DNA of 6,641 bases, taken from positions 1 to 6,641 of the IMG/VR virus record IMGVR_UViG_2713896729_000007. One strand, written 5' to 3'. Each line of letters opens with the position of its first letter. Position 1 is the stretch's first letter. The DNA is from a virus. Its lineage: Duplodnaviria; Heunggongvirae; Uroviricota; Caudoviricetes. Below are positions 1 to 6,641 of this stretch, piece by piece. Position numbers and translations under genes: made by a program. Under the pieces are notes generated by a model. That model was not told the origin of the DNA. It ran no database searches and was given only the letters and a program-made list of their open reading frames with translations.

Positions 1-216
1 ATGAAATCCATGGACAAGTTAACAACGGGCATTGCCTACGGCACCTCCGCAGGCAGTGCTGGCTACTGGTTTTTACAGTGGCTTGATCAGGTCAGTCCAT
101 CACAGTGGGCTGCTATTGGTGTGCTGGGAAGTCTGGTTCTGGGCTTTCTGACTTACCTGACGAATCTGTACTTCAAAATAAGAGAAGACAAGCGTAAAGC
201 TGCGCGGGGAGAGTAA
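1..216 (+). CDS. Class II pinholin, phage 21 S-like (Qin essQ-like), 71 aa
   Basis: ORF begins at window position 1 with MKSMDK, the dual-start Met1/Met4 motif of S21 antiholin/holin; 71 aa with hydrophobic segments and a charged C-terminal tail ([13 protein letters not shown]); located immediately upstream of an endolysin and Rz/Rz1. Upstream sequence is not visible. Confidence 0.88.
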   Translation: MKSMDKLTTGIAYGTSAGSAGYWFLQWLDQVSPSQWAAIGVLGSLVLGFLTYLTNLYFKIREDKRKAARGE

Positions 217-220
217 TTCA

Positions 221-565
221 ATGACTCAAAACTATGAACTGATTGTGAAAGGGATCCGCAATTTTGAGAATAAAGTTACGGTAACTTTAGCGTTACGGGA
301 CAAAAAACGCTTTGACGGTGAAATTTTTGACCTGGACATCTCGCTGGACCGTGTTGAAGGTGCCGCGCTGGAGTTTTATGAGGCAGCAGCCAGAAGGAGC
401 ATCAGACAGGTCTTCCTGGATGTTGCTGCCGGGTTATGTGAAGGGGATGAGCTGTCGCCGGAAAAGCGCCCCATAATTTTAGAGGCGCAGAATGTGTGGA
501 TAACCTACAAAGGAAAGCTACCGGGAAGAATTACTGGTTCTCTGAAGACTCCGCCGAAATGGTAA
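221..565 (+). CDS. Holin-coupled 114-aa soluble hypothetical protein in the lysis cassette (possibly YdfR/DUF1327-like, from memory only)
   Basis: ATG at 221 lies 4 nt after the holin stop, with GGGGAGAG upstream as a Shine-Dalgarno; E. coli-like codon usage; no hydrophobic segment. Family assignment rests on recalled similarity of the N-terminus (MTQ.YEL.VKG.RNFENKVTVT) to the Qin ydfR product and is unverified. Confidence 0.6.
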   Translation: MTQNYELIVKGIRNFENKVTVTLALRDKKRFDGEIFDLDISLDRVEGAALEFYEAAARRSIRQVFLDVAAGLCEGDELSPEKRPIILEAQNVWITYKGKLPGRITGSLKTPPKW

Positions 566-803
566 TTTCACCAGCATATTTTTCTTCCAGTAATACCGCC
601 AGCCACTTGAAAGAATTTTGTTGTTGCTGGGACCATTTGGGGTTGAGTGATTCAAGCTGGAGCGATGCCAGTGTTGGTTGCATTTGTTCCTTGGGAATTG
701 AGAATGCCAGATATGAAAATGCGACAGTAAGGGCATTTACATCATCCCGAAGCTTGGAAATGCAGTCGAGCAACTCCTGTAGAGAAATGGTGCTATTGTC
801 CAT
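531..803 (-). CDS. Candidate 90-aa hypothetical protein convergent with the lysis operon
   Basis: ATG at 803..801 is preceded on the - strand by GAGAGG with a 7-nt spacer; a possible TTGAAT-N19-TACAAT promoter lies just upstream; the translation is helix-like and not low complexity. Its 3' end overlaps the 221-565 ORF by 35 nt. It could still be a chance ORF. Confidence 0.25.
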   Translation of the reverse strand: MDNSTISLQELLDCISKLRDDVNALTVAFSYLAFSIPKEQMQPTLASLQLESLNPKWSQQQQNSFKWLAVLLEEKYAGEITISAESSENQ

Positions 804-908
804 AAACAATCCTCTCTATTGTATTTAACTATTCCTTGCCTGATTCAACAGGCCGGGACAGATAAACATATCCAGGGTTCAGAAACCGATAAATCCTGAT
901 AAATATCC

Positions 909-1442
909 ATGAACGTAAAAATCAGATACGGCCTGTCGGCTGCCGTTCTGGCACTGATTGCCGTCGGTGCGCCTGCGCCTGATATTCTCGACCAGTTTCT
1001 GAATGAAAAAGAAGGTAACCACACAACGGCATACCGCGATGGTTCCGGCATCTGGACCATCTGTCGGGGTGCCACGGTGGTGGATGGAAAACCCGTTTTT
1101 CCCGGTATGAAACTGTCGAAGGAAAAATGCGACCAGGTTAACGCCATTGAACGGGATAAGGCGCTGGCATGGGTGGAGCGCAATATTAAAGTGCCACTGA
1201 CCGAACCACAGAAAGCGGGTATAGCGTCATTTTGTCCCTATAACATTGGCCCCGGTAAGTGTTTCCCGTCGACGTTTTATAAGCGGCTGAATGCCGGTGA
1301 TCGTAAGGGTGCATGCGAGGCGATTCGCTGGTGGATAAAAGATGGTGGGCGCGATTGCCGCATACGTTCAAATAACTGCTATGGACAGGTTATTCGTCGT
1401 GACCAGGAAAGCGCATTAGCCTGTTGGGGGATAGATCAGTGA
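909..1442 (+). CDS. SAR endolysin, T4-lysozyme-like muramidase (GH24), 177 aa (Qin rrrQ-like)
   Basis: Catalytic E-x8-D-x5-T motif ([16 protein letters not shown]); Gly/Ala-rich weakly hydrophobic N-terminus ([17 protein letters not shown]) typical of signal-arrest-release endolysins partnered with pinholins; stop codon overlaps the Rz start. Confidence 0.88.
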   Translation: MNVKIRYGLSAAVLALIAVGAPAPDILDQFLNEKEGNHTTAYRDGSGIWTICRGATVVDGKPVFPGMKLSKEKCDQVNAIERDKALAWVERNIKVPLTEPQKAGIASFCPYNIGPGKCFPSTFYKRLNAGDRKGACEAIRWWIKDGGRDCRIRSNNCYGQVIRRDQESALACWGIDQ

Positions 1443-1809
1443 GCAGAGTCGCCGCGATTATTTATGCTCTGGTTATCTGCATCATCGTCTGCCTGTCGTG
1501 GGCGGTCAATCATTACCGTGATAACGCCATCGCCTACAAAGAACAGCGTGATAAAAAAGTCAGTGAGCTGAAGCAGGCGACCGCCACCATTACTGACATG
1601 CAGCAACGCCAGCGTGCTGCTGATGTACTCGATGCTAAATACACGAAGGAGTTGGCTGATGCGAAAGCTGAAAATGATGCTCTTCGGCGCAAGCTTGATA
1701 ATGGTGGTCGGGTGCTCGTCAAAGGAAAATGCTCTGTGCCATCCTCAGCCGAAACCTCCAGCGCCTCCGGCATGGGCAATGATGCCACCGTCGAACTCTC
1801 TCCAGTTGC
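1439..1809 (+). CDS. Rz-type i-spanin, 3' end truncated by the N gap
   Basis: GTG at 1439 overlaps the endolysin TGA (GTGA), preceded by GGGGGA with a 7-nt spacer; N-terminal transmembrane segment ([17 protein letters not shown]) followed by a charged, coiled-coil-like periplasmic region; runs into N run at 1810. Start could alternatively be TTG 1424. Confidence 0.78.
1659..1809 (+). CDS. Rz1-type o-spanin lipoprotein embedded in the +1 frame of Rz, 3' end truncated by the gap
   Basis: ATG at 1659 preceded by AAGGAG; product [19 protein letters not shown] with lipobox VVGC followed by a proline-rich region ([11 protein letters not shown]); lies entirely within Rz in another frame. Confidence 0.75.
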
Positions 1810-1819
1810 NNNNNNNNNN
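1810..1819. other. Assembly gap (10 N), probable scaffold join between two contigs
   Basis: Run of exactly 10 N; truncated genes on both sides; homologous Rz sequences converge on it from opposite strands. Confidence 0.9.
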
Positions 1820-1908
1820 AGAGGATGGCACAGGGCATTTTCCTTTGACGAGCACCCTGCCACCATTATCAAGCTTCCGCAGAAGAGCATCATTTTCAGC
1901 TTTCGCAT
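1820..1908 (-). CDS. rzoD: Rz1-type o-spanin lipoprotein, second copy, 3' end truncated by the gap
   Basis: ATG at 1908..1906 preceded on the - strand by AAGGAG; product [29 protein letters not shown] with lipobox VAGC; embedded in the second Rz. Symbol inferred from the DLP12-like gene order. Confidence 0.65.
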
Positions 1909-2128
1909 CAGCTAACTCCTTCGTGTATTTTGCATCGAGCGCAGCAACATCACGCTGACGCATCTGCATGTCAGTAATTGCCGCGTTCGCCAGCTTCAGT
2001 TCTCTGACATTTTTGTCGCGCTGGGCTTTGTAGGTAATGGCGTTATCACGGTAATGATTAACAGCCCATGACAGGCAGACGATGATGCAGATAACCAGAG
2101 CGGAGATAATCGCGGTTACTCTGTTCAT
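1820..2128 (-). CDS. rzpD: Rz-type i-spanin, second copy, 3' end truncated by the gap
   Basis: ATG at 2128..2126 overlaps the endolysin stop (ATGA); N-terminal transmembrane segment ([16 protein letters not shown]); roughly 88 percent nucleotide identity, by eye, to the reverse complement of 1439-1809. Confidence 0.78.
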
Positions 2129-2622
2129 TGCTGACCCCACAAACAGATTTCACGCTCAATCTCACGACGAGTCATGAGACCTTTCCATTGCTTACCGCCA
2201 GCATATGTCCAGCGACGTAGCTGATCACATGCGTCTTTGATATCGCCCTTGTTTATTTTGCGAAGAAGCGTCGATGTTCTGAAATTGCCAGCACCCACGT
2301 TGTAAACGAATGAGTAAAGAGCGCCGCGCATTGTTTCCGGTATATCGACTTTGATGTACGGGTTAATTTGTCTGGCGACCGTGGCAAGGTCTTTATTCAG
2401 GAGGGCTTTGCATTCTGCTTTGGTATACGTTTTACCGAGCATGATGTCTTTTCCTGTATGCCCGTGACATACAGTCCATACACCAACAATATCTTTGTAT
2501 GGTATGTAGCTGACACCTTCCAGACCATCGTTACCACTTGGGCCAGTAATTAACACTGATGCTATAGCAATTGCTCCGCCACCAATAGCAGCAGCAACGG
2601 CTTTTCGTAATGATGGAGGCAT
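2125..2622 (-). CDS. rrrD: SAR endolysin, phage 21 R-like, T4-lysozyme-like muramidase, 165 aa (DLP12 rrrD-like)
   Basis: Begins [27 protein letters not shown] (SAR domain); E-x8-D-x5-T motif ([16 protein letters not shown]); ATG overlaps the holin TAA by 1 nt; 165 aa. Confidence 0.88.
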   Translation of the reverse strand: MPPSLRKAVAAAIGGGAIAIASVLITGPSGNDGLEGVSYIPYKDIVGVWTVCHGHTGKDIMLGKTYTKAECKALLNKDLATVARQINPYIKVDIPETMRGALYSFVYNVGAGNFRTSTLLRKINKGDIKDACDQLRRWTYAGGKQWKGLMTRREIEREICLWGQQ

Positions 2623-2837
2623 TATTCACCTCTCGCAGCCTTGCGCTTATCTTCTTTAATCTTGAAATAAAGGTTTGTCAGGTACGTCAGCAGGCCAAAT
2701 ACCAGGCTACCCAGCACACCTATTGCTGCCCACTGTGAGGGCGTGACTTTATCGAGCAGCTGTAAAAACCAGTAACCGGCACTACCTGCTGAGGTGCCAT
2801 AGGCGACACCCGTTGTTAACTTATCCATGGATTTCAT
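2622..2837 (-). CDS. essD: Class II pinholin, phage 21 S-like, 71 aa (DLP12 essD-like)
   Basis: [16 protein letters not shown] dual-start motif; ATG at 2837..2835 preceded by GGTGGGG with about 6 nt spacing. The 86-aa version in the ORF track is an N-terminal extension without a better ribosome-binding site. Confidence 0.85.
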
Positions 2838-3424
2838 AACCCCACCTCGCAGACAAAGCGGGTGTAAATTGAGGGAATACAACGTATCGCAAAAAAGCAG
2901 AAACGTAACAGACTCGGAGTCAGTGAATAACTCAGGTATTGGGTTATCAGCTAATATCGAGACTCAAAAAATGGAAAAATCCGCTCGACGGCGGGTTTAA
3001 GCTGTGTGACGAAGTAACCACTCTTAACAGCATAACCAATTTTTTACGTACGTAAACCACTAAATGATATTTGCGAGAATGCTACCGAGTATTGAAAACA
3101 CCACTACAAATACATAAGCAAATCTCAACAAATAACCAACAAATAATTTCCAGCGTTATTTTTAGCTGGTTTAAATTGAATCTTCAAATTATAGAGCACT
3201 TATAAATAACAGCCATTAATATAAATTGGCTAATAGATTTATTTTTATTCAGCCAAGAGCCATGAATAGGATTCGATAGAAAAAGTTCAGATAAAAATAG
3301 AGATCTACTTCACAAATCAAATGAGAAACCAAAACTTACATCTTGAAATAATCACATTGATTAGATGAATATTTATCGCGCAGTGACATCATTTTTTAAT
3401 AATAGTTCAAAAAAAGGGCTCACG
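2838..3424. promoter_or_regulatory. AT-rich divergent control region between the holin (-) and the porin (+)
   Basis: About 590 bp, strongly AT-rich with many A/T tracts (3050-3400), no convincing ORF, directly upstream of the porin start at 3425; exact promoter elements not resolved. Confidence 0.4.
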
Positions 3425-4507
3425 ATGAAAAAATTAACAGTGGCAATTTCTGCTGTAGCTGCATCAGTACTGATGGCGATGTCTGCTCAGGCAGCTGAAA
3501 TTTATAATAAAGACAGTAACAAGCTGGATCTGTACGGGAAAGTTAATGCTAAGCACTACTTCTCCTCTAATGATGCAGATGATGGTGATACTACTTATGC
3601 CCGTCTTGGCTTCAAAGGTGAAACCCAAATCAACGATCAACTGACTGGTTTCGGTCAGTGGGAATATGAATTCAAAGGCAACCGCGCTGAATCTCAAGGT
3701 TCCTCCAAAGATAAAACCCGTCTTGCCTTCGCTGGCCTGAAATTCGGTGACTACGGCTCCATCGATTATGGCCGTAACTACGGTGTAGCATACGATATTG
3801 GTGCATGGACCGACGTTCTGCCAGAATTCGGTGGCGATACCTGGACCCAAACAGATGTATTCATGACTGGTCGCACCACAGGTGTTGCAACTTATCGTAA
3901 CAATGACTTCTTTGGTCTGGTTGATGGTCTGAACTTTGCTGCTCAGTATCAGGGTAAAAATGACCGCACTGACGTAACTGAAGCTAATGGTGATGGTTTC
4001 GGTTTCTCCACTACTTATGAGTATGAAGGATTCGGTGTAGGTGCAACCTATGCTAAATCTGACCGCACTAATAATCAGGTTATCTACGGTAACAACAGCC
4101 TGAATGCATCTGGTCAAAATGCTGAAGTATGGGCAGCTGGTCTGAAATATGATGCGAACAACATCTATCTGGCTACCACCTATTCTGAAACCCAGAACAT
4201 GACTGTTTTTGGTAATAACCATATTGCCAACAAAGCACAAAACTTCGAAGTAGTTGCACAATATCAGTTCGACTTCGGTCTGCGTCCGTCCGTTGCTTAC
4301 CTGCAATCTAAAGGAAAAGACTTGGGTGCGTGGGGTGATCAGGACTTGGTTGAATATATTGATGTAGGTGCAACCTATTACTTCAACAAAAATATGTCCA
4401 CTTTTGTTGATTACAAAATCAACCTGATTGATAAGAGCGATTTCACGAAAGCATCTGGCGTTGCTACCGATGATATCGTTGCTGTAGGTATGGTTTACCA
4501 GTTCTAA
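3425..4507 (+). CDS. nmpC: General-diffusion outer-membrane porin of the OmpC/OmpF/NmpC family, intact, 360 aa
   Basis: Signal peptide [23 protein letters not shown] followed by [16 protein letters not shown]; conserved porin motifs ([17 protein letters not shown]-terminal VYQF with terminal Phe); position between a Q-like gene and the S-like holin on the opposite strand matches DLP12. The track ORF start at 3365 was rejected in favour of ATG 3425 directly before the signal peptide. Confidence 0.9.
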   Translation: MKKLTVAISAVAASVLMAMSAQAAEIYNKDSNKLDLYGKVNAKHYFSSNDADDGDTTYARLGFKGETQINDQLTGFGQWEYEFKGNRAESQGSSKDKTRLAFAGLKFGDYGSIDYGRNYGVAYDIGAWTDVLPEFGGDTWTQTDVFMTGRTTGVATYRNNDFFGLVDGLNFAAQYQGKNDRTDVTEANGDGFGFSTTYEYEGFGVGATYAKSDRTNNQVIYGNNSLNASGQNAEVWAAGLKYDANNIYLATTYSETQNMTVFGNNHIANKAQNFEVVAQYQFDFGLRPSVAYLQSKGKDLGAWGDQDLVEYIDVGATYYFNKNMSTFVDYKINLIDKSDFTKASGVATDDIVAVGMVYQF

Positions 4508-4522
4508 TTTGATTACTAAAAG

Positions 4523-4556
4523 ATATGTTGCGGGAGGCTTTGCCTCCCCAACATAT
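4523..4556. terminator. Long imperfect hairpin 16 nt after the porin stop; candidate bidirectional or - strand (tR'-like) terminator
   Basis: atatgttg-c-gggaggc ttt gcctccc caacatat forms a 15-bp stem with one bulge; on the - strand it is followed by CTTTTAG; on the + strand it is not followed by a T run. Confidence 0.4.
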
Positions 4557-4644
4557 AAGTGGCTCCCTCAAGCCACTTCCTTTAGGAGCACAACCTTGCT
4601 TCTAACTATATAAACCTTCTGTTATATATTACCCTTTATTTTTG

Positions 4645-4669
4645 GGGGCGTCTCAACGCCCCATTTTTA
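4645..4669 (+). terminator. Rho-independent terminator, + strand
   Basis: ggggcgt ctca acgcccc (7-bp GC-rich stem, 4-nt loop) followed by ATTTTTAA; on the - strand it is followed by an A run, so it is unidirectional. Confidence 0.5.
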
Positions 4670-4695
4670 ATAACTTTTAGTAAATAATTGGCGTA

Positions 4696-5058
4696 TTAAT
4701 TAGAGTTATTAACAACGATATCCATCTCTAACCGGATATCTAATGCCATTAACATCCCTTCAATTATGCCCTCAGCCTTCTGTAACCTTTTCCCGATATA
4801 ACCATCAGAGCAGCAATGCTTACCTGCCAGTGACATGAATGTCATACCGACTACATAATAATCTACTAATAAATCGTGCAAATCGCTGTTGTTCTTTTTC
4901 AGACGGGCCATGCACCCGCAAATGATCATCGCGTCATCGTCACAACATTGCGGGCGAGATTTTACTTTTGAAGTAATTAATCCCTTAAAACCGGCGGCAA
5001 TGGACGACCAGGTCACATCTTCATGATTATTAGCCGCCCACGCTCCCCAACGCTCAAG
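4696..5058 (-). CDS. quuD: Q-like late-gene antiterminator, C-terminal about 120 aa; N-terminus lost in the gap
   Basis: Reading frame with paired cysteines (QCCDDD, CGC, KHCC) suggesting zinc binding; stop at 4698..4696; its position relative to the porin and holin matches DLP12 order quuD-nmpC-essD. Identity is recalled from the DLP12 QuuD (phage 82 Q family) sequence, unverified. Confidence 0.55.
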   Translation of the reverse strand, partial: LERWGAWAANNHEDVTWSSIAAGFKGLITSKVKSRPQCCDDDAMIICGCMARLKKNNSDLHDLLVDYYVVGMTFMSLAGKHCCSDGYIGKRLQKAEGIIEGMLMALDIRLEMDIVVNNSN

Positions 5059-5068
5059 NNNNNNNNNN
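5059..5068. other. Assembly gap (10 N), probable scaffold join
   Basis: Run of exactly 10 N separating a 5' lom fragment from unrelated Q-like coding sequence. Confidence 0.9.
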
Positions 5069-5346
5069 CGTAAGGAATCTTCATGCCAGCGGGTATCGCT
5101 GTAACGGGTCAGCTGGCGATTCTTGTCTCCTGCATAGCTGAATGACGTCACCAGCCCTAGTGTGTCCGTAAACTCATAACGGTATTTCACGTTAATCCCG
5201 TTCAGATCATCGCTGCCGGGAACGTTCGTCGAGGCATGAAGATAGCCCGCGCTCAGCGTGGACTGATGTTCAGACGCCCATGCAGGCGCACCGGATACGG
5301 CCAGACAGATGGCTGCGGACAAAATGGCGGCATAAAGTTTACGCAT
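5069..5346 (-). CDS. lom: Lom outer-membrane protein (Ail/OmpX/PagC family), N-terminal 92 aa only; truncated at the gap
   Basis: MRKLYAAILSAAICLAVSGAPAWA signal peptide followed by SEHQSTLSAGYLHASTN...YAGDKNRQLTRYSDTRWHEDS, near-identical to lambda Lom as recalled; ATG at 5346 preceded by GAGAGG with a 6-nt spacer; lies immediately downstream of J as in lambda. Confidence 0.85.
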
Positions 5347-5366
5347 AATTACCTCTCGCTTTTCTG

Positions 5367-5394
5367 CAATAAAAAAGGCGCCAGAAATGGCGCC
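5367..5394 (-). terminator. Rho-independent terminator after J, - strand
   Basis: ggcgcc agaaat ggcgcc stem-loop followed on the - strand by TTTTTTATT; about 20 nt downstream of the J stop. Confidence 0.55.
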
Positions 5395-5414
5395 CGCATA
5401 TGGGTTATGAAAAT

Positions 5415-6641
5415 TCAGCTAATCGTGATACCTGCTGTGGATTTCTTCATCACCACAACCAGCAAATCGCTGATACTGGCTGTGGGATACCAGTCATTTA
5501 CCAGCCACGCTGATACCGAAAACTCCAGCGTCATGTGACCGCGACCAGCAGGCATATCAATAACACCTGTATAAACCAGCGTATTATCCAGCGCGGTACG
5601 GTTATAAATTTCAGCACCGTTTTTCTTCACTATCAGGCGGCATGACGAATAAATATCGTTATTCTCCCGCTCATGTTTAGCGCCACGAAACGCCACCGCG
5701 GGAATAACAATCTGCCGGTCAAACGGCTGATCGTCATAAACCCTGACGGTAATGGTCCCTGATGGCCACCGCTCCGGTGCACGGGAGTCCCGGGGGAAAG
5801 CTTTGCCCACTGTTTTAACGAGATCGCCTTCAATCTGGTTCGCGGACAGTTTTCCCAGAACCCGACAGTTCTCGTTAATCGTGACATTGTTGAGCGTCCC
5901 GGCGTTCGCATTCACACTGCCACTGATATCCGCATTTTTAGCGGTCAGCTTTCCGTCCGGTGTCAGGGAAAATACCGGTGGATTTCCACCACTGGTAATG
6001 GTGGGGGCCGTCAGGCGTTTGAGGAACACGTCGTTCATGAATATCTGGTTGCCCTGCGCCACAAACATCGGCGTTTCATTCCCGTTTGCCGGGTCAATAA
6101 ACGCGATACGATTGGCGGCAACCAGAAACTGGCTCAGTTTGCCTTCCTCTGTATCCTCCATGCTGAGGCCAAGCCCCGCGACATAATGTTTGCCGTCTTT
6201 GGTCTGCTCAATTTTGACGCCCCACATGGCATTCCATTTATCGTTGGCGTCTTTCCACTCTTTCGAAAACTCCTCCAGTCTGCTGGCGTTATCCTCCGTC
6301 AGGTCGACTTTTTCCAGCAGCTCCTTGCCGAGATGGGATTCGGTTATCAGGCCTTTGAAAAAATCCAGGTAACCTTCCGCATCATCGCTCGCCCGACCGA
6401 CGGCCTCCACAAATGCCGATTTGCCAACGGTGTTCACACTGCGGATATAAAAGTAATAATCATGGCCCGGTTTGATATTGATACTGGCGGCTATCCAGTA
6501 CAGCGCCGTACCAAGATAGCGGGCTGTGGTTTCAACCTGCCTGATATCGGTAATCCGCGTTTCCGAGAACCAGAACTCAAACTGTACCGTCGGATCATAA
6601 ACCGCAAGATGCGGCGTGGCGGTTATCTGAAAATAGCCCGG
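5415..6641 (-). CDS. J: Tail tip / host-specificity protein J, C-terminal about 408 aa; 5' end beyond the window
   Basis: Frame is open from the window edge at 6641 ([33 protein letters not shown]...) to the stop at 5417..5415 and ends ...[17 protein letters not shown], matching the lambda J C-terminal region as recalled. The internal start at 6437 in the ORF track is an artefact. Confidence 0.9.
   Translation of the reverse strand, partial: PGYFQITATPHLAVYDPTVQFEFWFSETRITDIRQVETTARYLGTALYWIAASINIKPGHDYYFYIRSVNTVGKSAFVEAVGRASDDAEGYLDFFKGLITESHLGKELLEKVDLTEDNASRLEEFSKEWKDANDKWNAMWGVKIEQTKDGKHYVAGLGLSMEDTEEGKLSQFLVAANRIAFIDPANGNETPMFVAQGNQIFMNDVFLKRLTAPTITSGGNPPVFSLTPDGKLTAKNADISGSVNANAGTLNNVTINENCRVLGKLSANQIEGDLVKTVGKAFPRDSRAPERWPSGTITVRVYDDQPFDRQIVIPAVAFRGAKHERENNDIYSSCRLIVKKNGAEIYNRTALDNTLVYTGVIDMPAGRGHMTLEFSVSAWLVNDWYPTASISDLLVVVMKKSTAGITIS

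Noticed and set aside
518-736. 72-aa ORF on the - strand
   Set aside because: His/Arg/Ser-rich junk-like translation in an alternative frame to the better - strand candidate.
496-828. 110-aa ORF on the + strand starting at GTG
   Set aside because: Overlaps the 3' end of the 221-565 ORF in another frame; Ser/Cys-rich low-complexity translation; the convergent - strand ORF 531-803 has better signals, though neither is proven.
845-1183. 112-aa ORF on the - strand
   Set aside because: Mostly antisense to the endolysin gene 909-1442; no supporting signals.
1186-1371. 61-aa ORF on the - strand
   Set aside because: Antisense within the endolysin; short, no ribosome-binding site.
1424-1915. 163-aa ORF on the + strand reading through the N run
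   Set aside because: Artefact: the real Rz ends in the gap, and the sequence after the gap is the antisense of the second Rz/Rz1 copy.
1534-1958. Long ORFs 1534-1908 (-) and 1614-1958 (+) reading through the N run
   Set aside because: Each is a genuine Rz1 start fused through N to the antisense of the other copy; only the Rz1 portions on the near side of the gap are real.
2368-2553. 61-aa ORF on the + strand
   Set aside because: Antisense within the second endolysin gene.
2838-2882. N-terminal extension of the second holin (86-aa version) and of the porin (3365 start, 380 aa)
   Set aside because: The shorter starts give the canonical MKSM holin N-terminus and a porin start directly before the signal peptide; the extensions lack ribosome-binding sites and add non-conserved residues.
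3464-4306. 280-aa ORF on the - strand
   Set aside because: Lies entirely antisense within the well-supported porin gene; Cys/Ile-rich low-plausibility translation; no ribosome-binding site. Shadow ORF.
5236-5538. 100-aa ORF on the + strand
   Set aside because: Spans the lom start, the J-lom terminator and the J 3' end on the wrong strand; Arg/Gly-rich.
5633-5911. 92-aa ORF on the - strand
   Set aside because: Alternative frame inside J; Arg-rich, not protein-like.
5752-6186. 144-aa ORF on the + strand
   Set aside because: Antisense to the J coding region; Ser/Pro/Arg-rich translation typical of a shadow frame.
1-6641. CRISPR arrays, tRNA/rRNA genes, IS elements or integrase/att sites
   Set aside because: No regularly spaced direct repeats, no tRNA-like cloverleaf candidates noticed, and no transposase or integrase-like ORFs. 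The only repeats are the homologous lysis genes in inverted orientation.

Overview
This window is a composite of lambdoid prophage late-region modules of Escherichia/Shigella type, split into three blocks by two runs of exactly 10 N (1810-1819 and 5059-5068) that I read as scaffold joins. Block A (1-1809, + strand) is a Qin-type lysis cassette: S21-like pinholin, a holin-coupled 114-aa soluble protein, an unexplained 343-bp spacer, a 177-aa SAR endolysin, and Rz with embedded Rz1, both cut by the gap. Block B (1820-5058) is a DLP12-type arrangement read in reverse: Rz/Rz1, 165-aa SAR endolysin and pinholin on the - strand, an AT-rich divergent control region, an intact nmpC-like porin on the + strand, a hairpin-rich region, and the C-terminal part of a Q-like antiterminator on the - strand. 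Block C (5069-6641, - strand) is the 3' part of lambda-like tail gene J, an intrinsic terminator, and the 5' part of lom. Two long ORFs in the supplied track (1424-1915 and 4696-5346) are chimeras that read through the N runs. I found no tRNA, rRNA, CRISPR array or IS element. The most notable points are the tail-to-tail arrangement of two diverged lysis cassettes whose Rz/Rz1 genes form an inverted repeat around the first gap, and the extra coding and non-coding material between holin and endolysin in cassette A. All family assignments are from reading the translations and recalling known families; no database search was run.
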